Positions 1 through 15,000 of a stretch of DNA of 64,000 nucleotides are shown in pieces; the stretch's first letter is position 1; each line of letters opens with the position of its first letter. Origin of the DNA: Paraphysomonas bandaiensis (Eukaryota > Protista > Chrysophyceae); assembly GCA_965644295.1 (NCBI GenBank), contig CBFFRP010000281.1:62001-126000 (forward strand), read 5' to 3'. The position numbers were made by a program, and so were the translations under genes. A model generated the notes under the pieces. That model made no database searches. It was not told where the DNA came from and was given only the letters and a program-made list of their open reading frames with translations.

Positions 1-3000
1 ACTGCCCAGCAACGGCTAGGTCTGCCCAGGAGATCTTCTTGGAACAAAATATGGTGGAATTGGTAATTGGAAAGCTTAATGACAAGAGTTTACCGCTTGA
101 ACGCTATGTGTGTGAAATGGAAATTTTATTCGGTTTACTTAATCACAATGAAATCAGTGTCGGGGTTTTAGTAAACAGAGATGACTTGCTATCATTGTTG
201 ACTGATTTTGTTTCTGCTCACATCAGCGAAAGTTCTTTGGCGTTGTTGTCGATGATCATTGTGACTGAGTTGTGCTCCGATCGATCGCTATATACTAATA
301 TACGGCAATGTAAAGTTTTATTCAATTCTAGTGTACATGCCATCGCTGTCCATGAAGATAATCCTGCCATTGTGTACAATTGTTGTCAATGTATAGTCCA
401 CTTTCTTCGTTTATTTGTGGAGGAAGAATTGGATTTTGTAGACCGCAATTTAATTTCCACCTTAACAGACGCGATGCGTAGAAACATGGAAAATGAATCT
501 TTAGCTAACATTGCCTCAAATGCAATTACAATGTTAAGTCGAAGATTTAATGTTGAAGCAGCCAGAGAAGCTAACGACGTTAAGACGCAGTTCGAGCGTA
601 TAGCTGAAATGCTGTCAGAAGCTGCGAAATTTAAAGATTTTGCACTTATAGCCACCTCTTCGTCTGAAATAGTAGACTTATCATGTGGTGAAATTGACGA
701 AAACGTTTCATTGATTAGTAGCCGTATATATGAGCAGTTACACGAAGCGCTTGTTGTTTCTGTGGGTAACTCATTTGCCCAAATTGCGATTTTGAAGGCA
801 ATTGTGTATCTTTGTGGGCACAACGATCGGCCATTTCAGCATCGAAGTCATGTGGTTGGAAAATTTATAGCTATGCGAACTGACTTGGCAGTATTTCGTT
901 GTTTGAGTATGATGTATCACAACTGTAGAATTTCTGAATTCGCAACGCTGTTGCTGCATTTCTTTATATCGTATAGCAACTCTAGTGATGAGAGTTTGGA
1001 ACTACCTAGACTTCTTCAGCTCACATGTGAAGTCTTAAATCGCCACGACGACGATATGACAACATTACAGAACTCATGTTTGTTGATTACAACGATCTTA
1101 AATGCTTCCAATAATTCTGAATTATGTTCATCTGATCACCTTTGTGAACAACTTTGTGTCTCTTTGCTGACTGGTATGAACGATAGTACATCCGCGCTGC
1201 GTATTGTTTCGGCCCTTTCAAGTCTCATATATACTCAGAGTTACGATCATGCCACATACATGGTCAGACGGCAACATATTTTAAAGAATCTCTTGAGTAT
1301 TTTACGTGCACATATGGAGCATAATAGCACTGTAACTGCTGTGTGTACGCTGATTACTAATCTTTCTGTGTCAATTGGAAAGGATTTCAATGCAATTTTG
1401 TATGAATTAGGAGGACATCAGGTGCTGATCGAAGTATTGCGTCGTGACTCATGTACAAGTGAAACTACGATCTACAGTGTTTACGACACAATATACACTG
1501 TGTCACAACACATGTCGCCCTGCTCCAACCACTTTAATCATAATGGTATCTGGGAGCTCGTTATACGCGATGTGGAAAGATTTCAGTGGGAAGCTAATGT
1601 AATGAAAATTGTGTGTCTGTGTATTCCAGTTCTACTTATTGAAACGGATGATCTTGTGGGTATTAACTTTCAGATAATGTTGGAAATGTGTATCAAAATA
1701 CCTCGCGTTCACAGCAGAAAATGTGAGGTTATTCTTGCGGTAGTCATGGCAATTGAGTGTATACTTGGAACAGAATTTAGTTTTTCGATCTCTACATTGA
1801 GGAGTTTGCTAGACATGCTAGGTCCGTTGTTTGAACAGTACTTACATGAGCATGAGCTGGTCCAGCAGTTCTCACTTATATTGATTCGCATAACATCGCG
1901 AATTAATGAGTTTGAGCATATAGAAAATTTTATTGATTGCAGTTTATGCGGAACAATTGTTTCTGGGCTGTATACGTATTCACGGCATGAAACTATATTT
2001 TCTTTGTTTTGTTCTCTTCTGTCGAGTATGTTCTCGGATTCCATCGCCTACTCATCCAAATTATATGACTGCGGCATATGTGACACTCTTGATAGTATTC
2101 TCAGGGAGAATTTCAACGACTTAAATGTATTCCGACACACATGTGAGGTGATGTCTGCTGTGCCACCACATAGTAAATGTAGTCAGCGTCTCTCTTCTTT
2201 GGATATTTGTCGTAATGTTAGTTGTATGATCGTTCGTTTTAATGTTGATCCTGATATTGGGTTATTGTGGACCAAGGCAATCATTGTGTTGGCATCTGAA
2301 GAACGGTCATTTCCTTGTTTCAAAGAAACAGACCTAATCGAAAAGCTGTGGTGGTTACTTGAGAATTGTGATAGTAACGAATTAGTTGTGCAATCTGTTT
2401 TCCAAATTTTTTACTTACTTGGAGTACACGAAGACTTTTGTTCAGCACTTTGTTCAGAGAACGGTTGCGAAAAATTGATAGTTCATTTGGAAAAGTATAC
2501 TGGGAGTCCAGATGTTTTACTTTCTGTATTAAAGTCCCTTTGTGTGCTATCAGTTCATGGAGAGTATCGCATTCGCTTTCGAAGTAGACGTGTGGCTATA
2601 GTTGTATACAAGATAGTGACCACATTTGCCGCCGAAGATATTTTAAAGGAAGCATTCAAATTGATATCCATACTGTCTTCATGCAACGCAGATATGCAGA
2701 ATATTTTTTTTGAAATTGGCGTATTGGATGCTGTTTGTGATTATGTGAACCAGTCGTCTGAAATAAATCTAGTAGGTGCAGCACTTGGAGCAACAGCAAA
2801 GATGATTGAGCGCAATGAGATGCGTAAGTCATGGGTAGCTGAGAAGAATTTGTGCGACGAACTCACGAATTGGAGTACTCGGCTGTATAATTTGTCTCCG
2901 CAAACATTGCTAAACATTTTGACCGCGATAAAATGTTTTTCAGAAATGGAAAGTTATTATTTGAAATCATTTTCTACGGCTACGTTCGTAGAACTGTATA

Positions 3001-6000
3001 TAATATCTTTAAAAAGTTACGTGACATTGCTCGGAGCTTCAACTGAATATGATGATTTATATTGTACTTTGTTGACCGTATCCGTCATGACCTCAAGTTC
3101 GATTTATTGTACGGACTCTAAGTTACAAATTAAAGTTTGTGATCTCTTTCTGGAGAGTGTCCATATGAAGTCATCCGCCCGGATAACTGCTTTAGCGATT
3201 GAGTATATCAGTGCCATTGTGAAATCTGACAAACTATTAATCTCACGCTGTTATGATTCTGGCATACTGGATAGGTATGTTGAACTGTTAACTGTTTGTA
3301 CAGATGAAAGAACAACTTTCCCAGTTATTTGCCAAAGTATTGTGGTATTCTCAAATTCCAATAAGAATTTGCTCGCTGAATATGTTGATCAGAGACTTAT
3401 CGATTCTATTGTAAAGCGTATATTGGAATTTCGATCAGATGTGTTAATTGTTAGTGACGGATATGAAGCTCTAGTTTCCCTCATATCTCCCGAACTTATG
3501 AGCTCAGTTAACTTTGAATTGCTAGTTGTCTTGGTAACTGCAGTTGTCAATTCAGTTGATGAGGAATCCATTCTGAAGCGCTTATGTTCGACGGTTGCCA
3601 TTCTGGCGCATATGTCGCCATCACTAAGCAATTTACTGGGATCTGCGAGGGTGTGCGATGCTCTGATACACATATTATATATTCATTTCGGCAATCTCGA
3701 CATTTATTCCGCTGTCATTGTTGCTGTGGTAAATCTCACTGCTGAATCTGATACCAACTGTGCTGTGTTTGCTGCTGCTGGACTATGCTCGGGTTTATCG
3801 CAATGGTTTTCTTGTGAGCTATCACCCTCAAACGTTGTCAATACATGTTGTGCTATTGTTAATATTTGTGCGGATAATGGAGGTGCCATGTCAAATATGG
3901 CTCGTGAAGGGAAATGTGCATCACTTCTATCCTTATATGATAAAAATATTGGCCAGCGTGCGTGTGTTCTATCTATTTTACGAGTTGTTGAAATACTTGT
4001 TAGGGATAAGCTTTCCTTACAAGAGTCTGAACACAACAATTGTGTTAATTTGTTGCAGTTAACCGCTAAGCAATATGACGATGACCCTGAAGTATTCTCC
4101 TTAGCGATGGGATTGTTGTCTAGCTTTGATGCTTCAGTTCCGACAACTCAGAGCGAAGTTTTCCAATCTGCTTGCATCAAGGCGGTTGAATCGCTGAAAT
4201 TATATATTCACAATGCGGAAATGGTTTGTGAATTATGTTCTGGCATTATCTCATTGATGGCAAACTCTGATGTATCTGCGGATATATTAGGAGGATGTGG
4301 ACTCTGTGTTCTCTGCGACAACATTTTGAAGAATCATAGTCAAAATGCAAACGTAGTGTCAAGTGTTTGTATTGTCATTGGCTATCTTGCCTTAAATTCT
4401 GCTACATCTTTGAAAACTTTTGAGGCGACATCAGTTGCTCAACAGATCGTTGCATCGTACGATGTGTTCCTTGATGTCTTTGAAACTTGTTCAGCTTTGA
4501 CTTTTTCCATTCGAAATTTAGTGCGGTCCGATGTCATTATGGTGTCAATGATGGAGTATGGAGTGTGTGACTCATTGATGAAATCACTCGAGTTATACTC
4601 TAAACATAATGGTGACATTGTTGCAATGAATTGTTGGGCGTTGCGCAAGTTGACTTCACCCTCTTCAAACTACGATAATACTCATGCGCTTGATGTAGTT
4701 ATACAGCGTGGAGGTTTATTGTTGACTTGCGATATAATATCGCACAATTCGCACAATATACCCACATTTACTGCCGCAGTTGCACTCCTCGGAAGCATTA
4801 TTTCCAATGGAATAGGCATCGTAGAAGCAGAACAGCGTATTCGTGGCGCTTTAATGTCAGCATTGTCTAAGCATATTGAAAGTGAAAATCTATGTCGATA
4901 CGGTTTATGTTTATTAGTTGCTTTTGTAGAAAACATCACATGTTGCACGATATCAGCTGCGAATTCAGAGTCGTGTGATATTGTACTTGAATCTGTACAG
5001 GAACACATGACATGCTCCGCAATTGCTGATATGGGATGCGAATATATTTCACGTGTAGTGCTCATCGACACCGAACTGGTAGGCGTTCTGAATGACCGTC
5101 GGCGACTGGATGTAATTCTACAATGTTTGTTGCTGTATGGAAAAGAGCATATATCAATAGTTTTATCATGTGTGAAACTGGCCAAAGTATTAATCCAACA
5201 AAATCGAGTGAGTGTATTATACGACGTTATAAGTACAGAGTATTCTTGTCCAGGTGCACTGGAAAACTATTTTACCAGTTTCGAAATGGCTGAGTTGATT
5301 TTATCAACTTTTGCAATAGTCCTTCAGCGAAATTTTTTTTCTCAGCAGTGGAAATCATGCCCTGCTGTATGTGAAAGTGTTTTGAATTACTTTACAAATT
5401 TTGTGAATCGCTTCCCCATTGCCCTTTTGGGTTGCAGAATTATATATTTTCTTGCTACTGGATGCCGTGCCAACAAAGAATATTTGCTTTGTCATGGTGC
5501 ATTTGAAGTTATTAGCGCAACATTGGTGAAGTATTTCGATAGAAGTACAGTTATCAGTAATGCGGCTCTGTGCGCTCTGCAATGCCTACTTGCTGACACT
5601 GAGTTAGGTGTGTTCTCCTCCCCAACCGACATGTTATGTAAGATTCTTGTTGATATAATTAACTTGGATTGGAATACAACTACGATATATACAGAGTCCG
5701 CGCTGGATATTATATATGAGCTATGTAAAAATAACCGTTGTAGCTGTGCATTTCTACGGCATGACGTTTCTAGTACATTGATTCGAATCATTTCAACGGC
5801 AGAACATATTTCAACCCATTGCTTACGGCGTGTCCTTAGCATCCTACGAACAGATGATAATATTTTGAGAGGCACGATGCAAGTCACAGCCGTTCATACA
5901 TTTTTATCAGTTCTTGAATGTGAAAATGATGTTGCGGTATTGGAACAGACTTGTGGATTGTTGCTTGGAGTTTGGAGTACAATTGTTAGTGTCAATGACT

Positions 6001-9000
6001 ATCACAGTATATATAGTCATGTTGTCACCGTGCTTGCCAAGCTCAAACAGCAAGAGGGTATTGTAGAGGTGTGCTGTGAGCATGTCATCCGCGCCACAAA
6101 AGCATTAACATCACCGATTTCTTTGGAACATGTTAATATATCAGAGTTGTGCGTTGAATTGCTTGATATACATACTACGTCAATTGCGGGCATCAATGTG
6201 TTATCTACTGTTTCGGCGTTGTGCGATTTCGACGTAAACTATTCTGTGTTTCGAAGCTGTGGGCTGTTTACTCGAATTGCTTCGATGCTGTTGGAGAAAA
6301 CTTATTCTGAGGATTTCTGTGAAATTGCAATGAAATGCATTCTATGCCTTCAAAGACTTCCGAGTTCTCCCACGAAAACTTTAGCTGTGGACCCTTATGA
6401 AGAAAATCTTTTGATTCGTATCTCTAAACACGTTTTTCACGAAAATTATTCATCTGATGAAGCGATTCGATGCAGCTGTATTTTAATTGAATTCTTGCTG
6501 TCGGAAAGCTCAGAACACGAAAAAAAATTCAATGATGAAATTTTTTCTGATGATATTGTGAGAGTGGTTAGAACCAGATTGTTTTCTCTGAATGAAATAT
6601 CAATACGCACAGAGCTGTTATCTTGTCTTTCCGCACTTTGTTTTTTTCAAGAATGCGCGATTAAATTGGTAGTAGCGGGCTTGCTTGAGACTTCTCTTGA
6701 TTTCATGATACGACACATTGAAGTCGAGCACGTAGTGTTATTTTGTGGTTCCGTCATATGTATTTTTACTGGTGATGTCGTGGCGCATAGAGAAAGAATT
6801 CAAGACGCTCTTGGTAGCAGCGGATTGCATGTTGCGATGCTTAAGGGGTGTGACATACATCGTCAGAGTATTTCTTGCGTAAGCACTTTGCTATTGGCTA
6901 TATATAATATTTGTCGGAGTCATGCAGCGAATATATCTGCCCTCATTGATAATGGAGCTACTGCTATTTTCACTGATTTGTTGGAGAGGTACCACTCGGA
7001 AGATGCAAGTATTTCACGAATATTGTGTAAGATTTGTTATGAGATAGTTAAGGGAAATGAAACATATTGTGAAGCGTTCAATCGTTCTGATCTATGCAGC
7101 ATTGCAGTACGAAGTTTGGAATATTCAATGCGTACCCTTTTACTGCATGATGCTGAGGTTAAGCTGGACTTAATTTGCACTCTCATGGAAGTTGACCAAC
7201 AGTGTTTAGATTACTTCAGCAATTCGGCAAACTTTCTTGTTTTTTTGGAAAAAGCTGTGTTGGAGTATCACTCATCATACCGTGAATTTGAATTAAAAAC
7301 ACTTCAAGCTGTCGAATTTCTGTGCCGCGACTATAGTGGACAAGTTGTTCTGGAATTTCGTAAAGCCGCTGTATATAACAGATTGATGATGTTCCTGCAA
7401 CGATACTCTGGAGATTCTGAGTGTATTTATACCGGTGCTCGTGTTATGTATTGTATTTTAGCTTCAGAATGTGACAGCGAACGAACGAGGTTGGGGAGTA
7501 CCTGTGGACTTTGTGGTCAGCTTCTACAATTAATGATGCAACATTTATCTGATAAGAAATGTGTTCTAGAAGTAGCTACTGTACTTTCACTTTTATCTGC
7601 GACACTACCCAATGTGCTAATTTTACGTGACTTGGGTGTCTCGAAATCTGTGGCTACAGCTTTACAGCAATATCATCTTGATAATATGACAACCATGGTT
7701 TTGTGCAATTTTATTGTGTGTTTGACTGCGACATCGAATCTGAAGTTGGAATTAGAAAGTCATGGAGTGTTTCATACAATTTGTGATATTGCGATTTCAT
7801 TGGACTATGAAGACAGGAATTATACTTATGCTATTCTGAAATTGGTATGTTGCTTCATTGAGGGTAATCACCGCAATATTGTGATATTCTACCGACTGAT
7901 ACCACCGCCGCTGTTGTTCGAGTGCTTTCAGTACTATCTTCTGCAACAAGACTTGGAAATTACCCGGGAGTTATGCAAAATTCTTGCTGCCCCAGGGTTT
8001 AATGATCAAACTCTTCTGGAATCCAACAATTATATTTGCGATGACCGTCTCAGTGAATGCGCTGTAACTGCACTAAAGCTTTTTTTTTCTGATTTCGATA
8101 CCTTCTGTGCATTATGTACCATAATATCCTGTGCAGAAGGAATCGATGACACGCATTTGTGTCAATATTTTCAACTCGGCGCCCTTGTCCCTGTAATAAA
8201 AGGAATTGATGGACATATTTCAGTTATGAAATCAAAGTCATGTCTCCTTGCGGCTGGTTTATTGTGCCAGTATGAGTTTCGTACAGCTGAGACCTCGGGA
8301 TCATCACTAGGTGAGGTTGGGCTTAATAATTGCGAGGAAGTACATTCTTTTCTTTTGTTGCAATTACAATCCTCTGGGGATAGAAAAAGCGTTGCGATTT
8401 TAAGCTCTTTCCTTCTTACTTTGCGAGATTATTTTCCGACAGGGAGAGGTGATATTACAAGTAGCGTTATTGATGTGGCGGTGGAGTTATTGAATGGACA
8501 CCATCTTCATTATTCTGTCTACTCAAATCTTATCTATGTCGTAGACATTGAAATAAAAGAGAGCAGGATTGCTTACTCTGACAGTCTTCGCATATCATTA
8601 CTTCATTTGATAGCTCAGCCGTCGTTGAATATTTGCAGTAGTCGCTTTGTTAATTGTATGCTCAGGATACTTATGTTCTTAGCTGAGAATGATTGCATGA
8701 ACATGTGTAGTGCTGCTCTATGTGATGTCACTGTCCGAGTTCTTTGTGAGGCAATGAAATCTGTGCAACATGACACAGTGAAGCTAGTATGTGATTTGAT
8801 ATCAAAATTATGCAAGGGTTGTCCTGCCATTCGCGACTGTTTTGCTACAACTGATATTCACGAAGAAATTTGTAACACATTGAAACTCGAGTATGACAGT
8901 GAACTCGTTGGTGCGGCTGTAATTACCGCAGTATTTCAGTTGTGTGGAGGGGACTCAAGTTTTCATAATGACAACTGTAGATTACTCTTGCGATATGATA

Positions 9001-12000
9001 TTGACAAGTGTATTGCATCGCTGTTGGAGAGGAGCAACATCACAACTGAAATGATACTCACACTATTTTTATGTATGAAAAATTTGTCCGAGTTAAGAGA
9101 ATATTGTCAGAGATTTGGGGATGAAAGAACGATTAAATTATTTTTGCAGATATATAAGAATAATACCCATAGCAGTGAAACTTTAGCTTCTGTGGGATTG
9201 GCTATAATACGAAATTTGGTTGCTGTTGATGGGAACAGCGAACAGTTTTGTGATGCGTCTACTTTGGGCAAAATAATGTCAGTTCTGTCCGTGTATGGTG
9301 ACTGTAACTCAACTGTTGCAATGGATTGTGTAGTGTTATTAAATTCCCTTCTCTCGAATACCCCTCCGTGTGAGTTGGATAGCCTGAGAGTGGGTGATGC
9401 GTATCAAGACCTCGTAAATTCTTTACGTCGACACATACATTTAGAGAACAGCTCCACTGTTCTCTATATTTGTCATTCGATTGTGAAGTTGTCTAGTAAA
9501 TCTGATGATAGTAAATCTAGGCTTTGTAGTAGCGGGGCAGTAGTTTCATTGGAACAAGCATTGAGCACTTTTGATAACAACAGAGACGTCGTATTTTCCG
9601 TTCTCAGTGCGATGAGGTGTTTGTCTTTCGTACCCAGCTTTGCGACGTACATATCTAATACAAAATTTTGTGTGATTATCTCTCAGGTTTTGTCACAGTA
9701 TATCGATGACCTTGAAATTGTCGATCAACTTCTGGGTACTGTGTCAAATGCGTCCTCATTTGAAGAAGATTTTCGTATTATTCTTATTGAAAGCAAGTTT
9801 TGCTGTCTTGTCATGACCTACGCCGAGAGAAACTGCGATAGTCCAGCGATCAGTGTATCTATTTTGAAGATTCTTATATATTTTGTTGACCATGCAAACA
9901 CAGACCAGTTTCCAAGTCGTTCTGTGACAAATGTAATATTCAATGTTTTGTCGTCACACAAGTCGAATCCTACAGTATGTAAGTATGGAAGTATGGCTGC
10001 AAGATACTTTTCGGAGCTAATTCCCAATGCAGTTGATTTCATTGAATGTCAGTTACATACTGTGGTCGCAAATCTATTGAGTATTCATTTCGAAAGGGTG
10101 ATCATTATTGAGAATACATTGATTTGCCTAAAAAATTTGATTGACACCAGTAAAGATCAGACTTTAGTAATGAGTAATGACTTTTCTCTTGGTCACCTTT
10201 GTGAAATATGTTCTAAATTACTTAATACTTACTCCAGTGAAGTTTCTATCGTTGTCGGATCTTGTGATATTATTGTGTCGGCCCTGAAATCTCATGTCCG
10301 TGACCAAACTGCATTGAACTCGGAATGTGTTGCAGTTGCAAGTATTGAAGATAGCACTTTCGACATGGCTGCCACTTTCAATATGATTTTGACTGACATG
10401 TGCAACTTGTTAGATCACTTCTTTTCTGATTCATGTATAGCACTCAAAGTTATGAAAGCGATATTGTACATTGGTGTGAGTTATTCCAAGATATCATCTT
10501 CCAGCATTGAATGTGATATTTCCCGTGCTGTGTTGAAGACTTGTGCCAGTGACGGTGCATTCAACCTCAAAATAATTAGTCAAAGCAATGCAGCCTTGTT
10601 TTGTGAAGTTATTTCTATTCTCTGCACAAGGAACTCGGAATATCTTCTTACTGCAGCTAAAACAACAGAACTGCACGTAATAATTCTTGAAATCATAGTT
10701 TTGTATTGTCAAGCACGAAGCGTTTCCAGTTCTGCTTGTACTGCATTTTATCAATTTATATCTATTAATCCTGACGTTATATGCTTATGCGATGTGAAAT
10801 ACTTGCAATCAATTCAAAATATATTGCAACTGCATATGGGGTGTACTTCTGTCGTCGAAATGGGGAGTAATGTGGTTATGATGCTTGCAAGCCATGAACA
10901 CTTTGTTTTGCAGAGCAGAAGGTTAGTTGTGGTGAAAACACTACTCGAAGCAATTAAATGCCATATCAAAAGTCCAGAAAGTGTAGTTGCTTCAATATTT
11001 TCGGCATTGCTAAGTCTATCTGCCGACACAGAATGTTCTGTTGTAATGTGTACTCATGGTGTATGTGTGGTCGCATTTGATTGTATCACCAACAGAAAAA
11101 GCTGTGTTTCGTTGGTTACTGTTTGCACGGAGCTAATTATGAAGTTGGCATCTCGAGAGTGTACCAATAAATATGTACGGGAAAGCTTGAATTGTCATGC
11201 TCAATTAGTCCGCATACTTCATGTGTGTTATGAAGATGATAACATAGTACGTAATGTCTGTGTTGCGTTGGACCATATTATTAAAAGTGAGTCAGATAAT
11301 GCGAAAATTATTTCCACAAATATTGACGCTGCAATATCTAAGTGTCTTGACAGCCGATCTAAAGAAGTATGCCCATCGGATAATGCTGCCATTAAACCAG
11401 TCGTTAATTTGGTCATTGTCATATGTAAAAGCTGTCCACTTTTTTGCAGGAAATTGTCAGAATTAAATTTGTGTGAAGCCATGGTGAAAATGTTACACCT
11501 CTGTCGTCATGCAGAATTATCGGAGGCAATGCTATCTGCTATAAATGCTTTGGCTGTAACTTCTGAGAACAAAGCCAGATTTGGAACGTCACACTGCTGC
11601 AAAGTTGTGATAGAAAGTCTTGAGAGTTTCAATTATGAAGCATCTTTAGTTTGCATTGGCTGCAGTTGTATATCGAAGATTTGTTCAGATGACCCTGAAA
11701 TCAAGGTTTCATACGGAAATGCCGGGTGTTGTACAGTTGTAATAGGCCTACTCCGAGTGTACGTTAACAACCAATCTGTTGTAAGCTATGCTTGCGCAGC
11801 GCTGTGGAGTCTGATCAATAATTGTATCCCCAATGTTGTCATTGTGAGCGAGGTGGTCGGTGCGTGTGATGTGTTGGTAGATTTGTTAACAGTATTTTCT
11901 GACTCTGACCTTGTTTGTGGCTCGGTATGTGGAATATTAGCCCTCGTTTTAGAAAACAACAGCACTCATTTTTATTCGTTGAAACACCACAATTTGCTGG

Positions 12001-15000
12001 ATTTGTCGCTTTCTGTTCTCACTAAACATTTGAATAGTCGAGTTGCAGTTCTGTCGTCGACAAGTTTAGTTGCAGTTATGCTGACGTTACACGCTAAGGC
12101 AGATACCATTGGAGATGTGTTAGACGGAATCGACAGTATTTTCATTGCTCTTACTCAATGTTTACGGGATCGTATGGAAGATACTGTGCTTATGACAGAA
12201 GTGTGTGGTGCAATATCCTCATTAGCCATGGCTGTAACTTCGAAAGGTTGTGCCACACTCGAAAGTAGAGACACATGCTCGCTTTTGTCTGATGTTGCCG
12301 CGTTTGCCCTCTCCAGAAGGGTTAAGACTTTGGCTCAAGCATCATCACTGGCGATTACAAGCTTATGTCAAGGACGAAGGTCTATACAGCTGTATTTCAG
12401 TGAAACATCTATTTGCTCCACTGTTGTGGGATTTCTGAGAATGCTGGATAGAGATAATAGTGATGACAGTATCGATGTGGCAGTTTCCGCCTTAAATGCC
12501 GTAGCGCATCTTGCGCGGCACAGTAAGTCAAAGGATACCGAGAACCAACTTAATATTGAGAAGCTGATGACAGCAGGCGCCTGCGAAATATCTGTGAGCG
12601 TTTTGACGAAGCGAATTCAAAATCGCATTGTGGCTTTCTCCGCCAGTCGTGTAATTTTTTATTTAGCCGGTGGAGGAAATGATGCGTGTACTCATCGACT
12701 GAATCGAAGTGGTGCATGCGAAGCCATGGTTGAAGTTCATCGCCACTATCAGCGTGATTTACATGTATCCCAGTATTCATGTGGTGCAATAGCGAATTTG
12801 GCATTGCTAGAACACAACAATTCCTTACTTTTAGCGTCTGACGTCCCTGAATCGATCATCACAACTCTTTTGTCCTGTGGTACGGAAGACCCAGATGTTG
12901 CAGCCATGGCCTGTATTGCTATTAATAATTTGACTGGAAACAGAAGTCAGATTCGGACAAAAATGGGGAAGGCAGGGGCATGCACTGCAATCGTCAATGC
13001 ACTAAGTATGTTTAGAACCAATTGTGTGGTAGTAAGGGCAGCATCCGGTGCAATTGCAAATTTAGTTCTCGAAAATGATGTGAACGCTGATGCTCTTGTC
13101 AAAACAGATGCCATCGGTACTATAGTAGAGAGTGCGCTCGTTCATGTTGACGATATCGGCGTTAGTCATTCAGCTTTACTCTTTACGTTATCTATATGCG
13201 GTACTGTAGCTGGATCGGCATCCAGCTTTCTGGATTCGAGTATTTGTAACGTCTTATCCCAAATATTCTCGTTGCATAACGCAGACAGTGCCCTTATTCG
13301 ACTCTGTTGTATCACTATCAATGTTTTGTGCGAAGATGATAACAGGACTGCCGGTACAATGGCGAAATTGCTTATACCTGCAAAAATTACAACTGTTTTA
13401 TTTGATCATTTGGATGACGCTTCTGTCATGTTGGCTGGACTTAAATCAATACTTCTACTTGCACAAAATTATGACGATAACATACATGTTTTGATATCGA
13501 GTGGTGCTGGAAATTTAATAACTCAGACGCTTTCATTTGATCCGATCTCTGGTAAAATTGCTTATTTAGCATGTCGAGTACTTAATGTACTATCACGCGA
13601 CAACCCAGCCCAACTGTCTTTGGTCCACGCTGGTGTGTGCAGTAAACTGTGCAGTGTTCTGGAACTCTTTACCCCTGATGAAGATATTGTATTGCAAATT
13701 TGCTATTGTGTCCAGTCGTTGACCTCAAGTTGCGTCGAAAGTAGAGATGCCTTGTATGAATCCGGTCTGTGTCAGGGTATAACATCTGCATTGCAATTGC
13801 ATTCAGGTTCGAAAAAAACTGGCCGAGAAATATGTTGTGCGATGTGGGCTCTTATTGATGACAACATTCCCGCACTGAAAGATATCTCCCATGAAAAGAC
13901 GTGCGTATCACTGGTAACTTTTATGCAAAAATATATTGGAGACTTTGATTGTGTGAATATTGCATCGAAACTAATGAAAATGATTGCACGATCATCGATA
14001 TGTCGTTCCGTGTTTGGGAAGTGCGGGGGGTGTGATTGTGCTACTCTTGCTCTGGAGCAAAATTTTGACCAGCGCGAGGGCTGTCTTAATATCATTGGTG
14101 CACTTCATGCATTGTCAGTTGAAAATAAAAATAACTGTGAAATTCTTGGTATCAAAGGTGCATGTGAATTGGCCGCGAAAGTTCTTTCTTCGCATATTGA
14201 GTCCGCGCAGATAATAGCAGTGTGTTTGAAATTCGTTCGTTGTATTTCGGAATACCTGACTAACAAAATCCGTCTGGGGAAATGTGAAGTGCCAAAATTA
14301 ATTGTCACAGTGTTAAAACTATACACCGAGGATACAATGTTACTCAAACTAGGAAGCAGTATTGTTACATCGATGTGTGATAAACATGATTCCAACTCAT
14401 TGTTGTTTGCTGAAGCTGGAATATTTCCTGCTTTGCGGCCTATTATTGAATTACATACCTCTGATACAGCTTTAATGGTTGTCGTATTCGATGCAATATT
14501 TCACCTTTTATCTTCTGAGGCGCAGCCGGACACTGTAGACGGCTTTGTGACATGCGGATTAGTTGATTCCCTTGTTGATGCCATGCATATCCATTTGGGT
14601 AAATCAGCTGTTATATATAACATATGCAGAACTATCAAACTCCTTGCTATTCCACCGAACCACGTAGACCTTGTTAACACAGGAGTATGTGAGAACCTTG
14701 TTTTAACGTTGTCCTGCCACCTAAGTGACAAAAGTGTTAATACTATTATATGTGCTACAATAAGAGCAGTTGCCGATAGGTCTAGTAATAGATACGCTTT
14801 GGGTACGTATAACGTATGCAGTGCTCTTATTAAAGCTCTGCAGTTTGCTGTTGAGTTCGAAGATTGTAGGCTAATAGAGGAAGCGTTACATACTATATAC
14901 GCTGTAGTTAAGGATTGTTGTGCAAATCAAATTGCAGCCTCATCTGTATGTGATATGATCGCAGAGCTTGTTGGTGCCGGAAATGGAGAAGAAATAGACG

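Noticed and set aside
386-14731. Many short antisense or alternative-frame ORFs inside the giant ARM gene (and likewise in the NHA, PFK and EF-hand genes)
   Set aside because: Shadow ORFs with no motifs, expected opposite long coding sequence.
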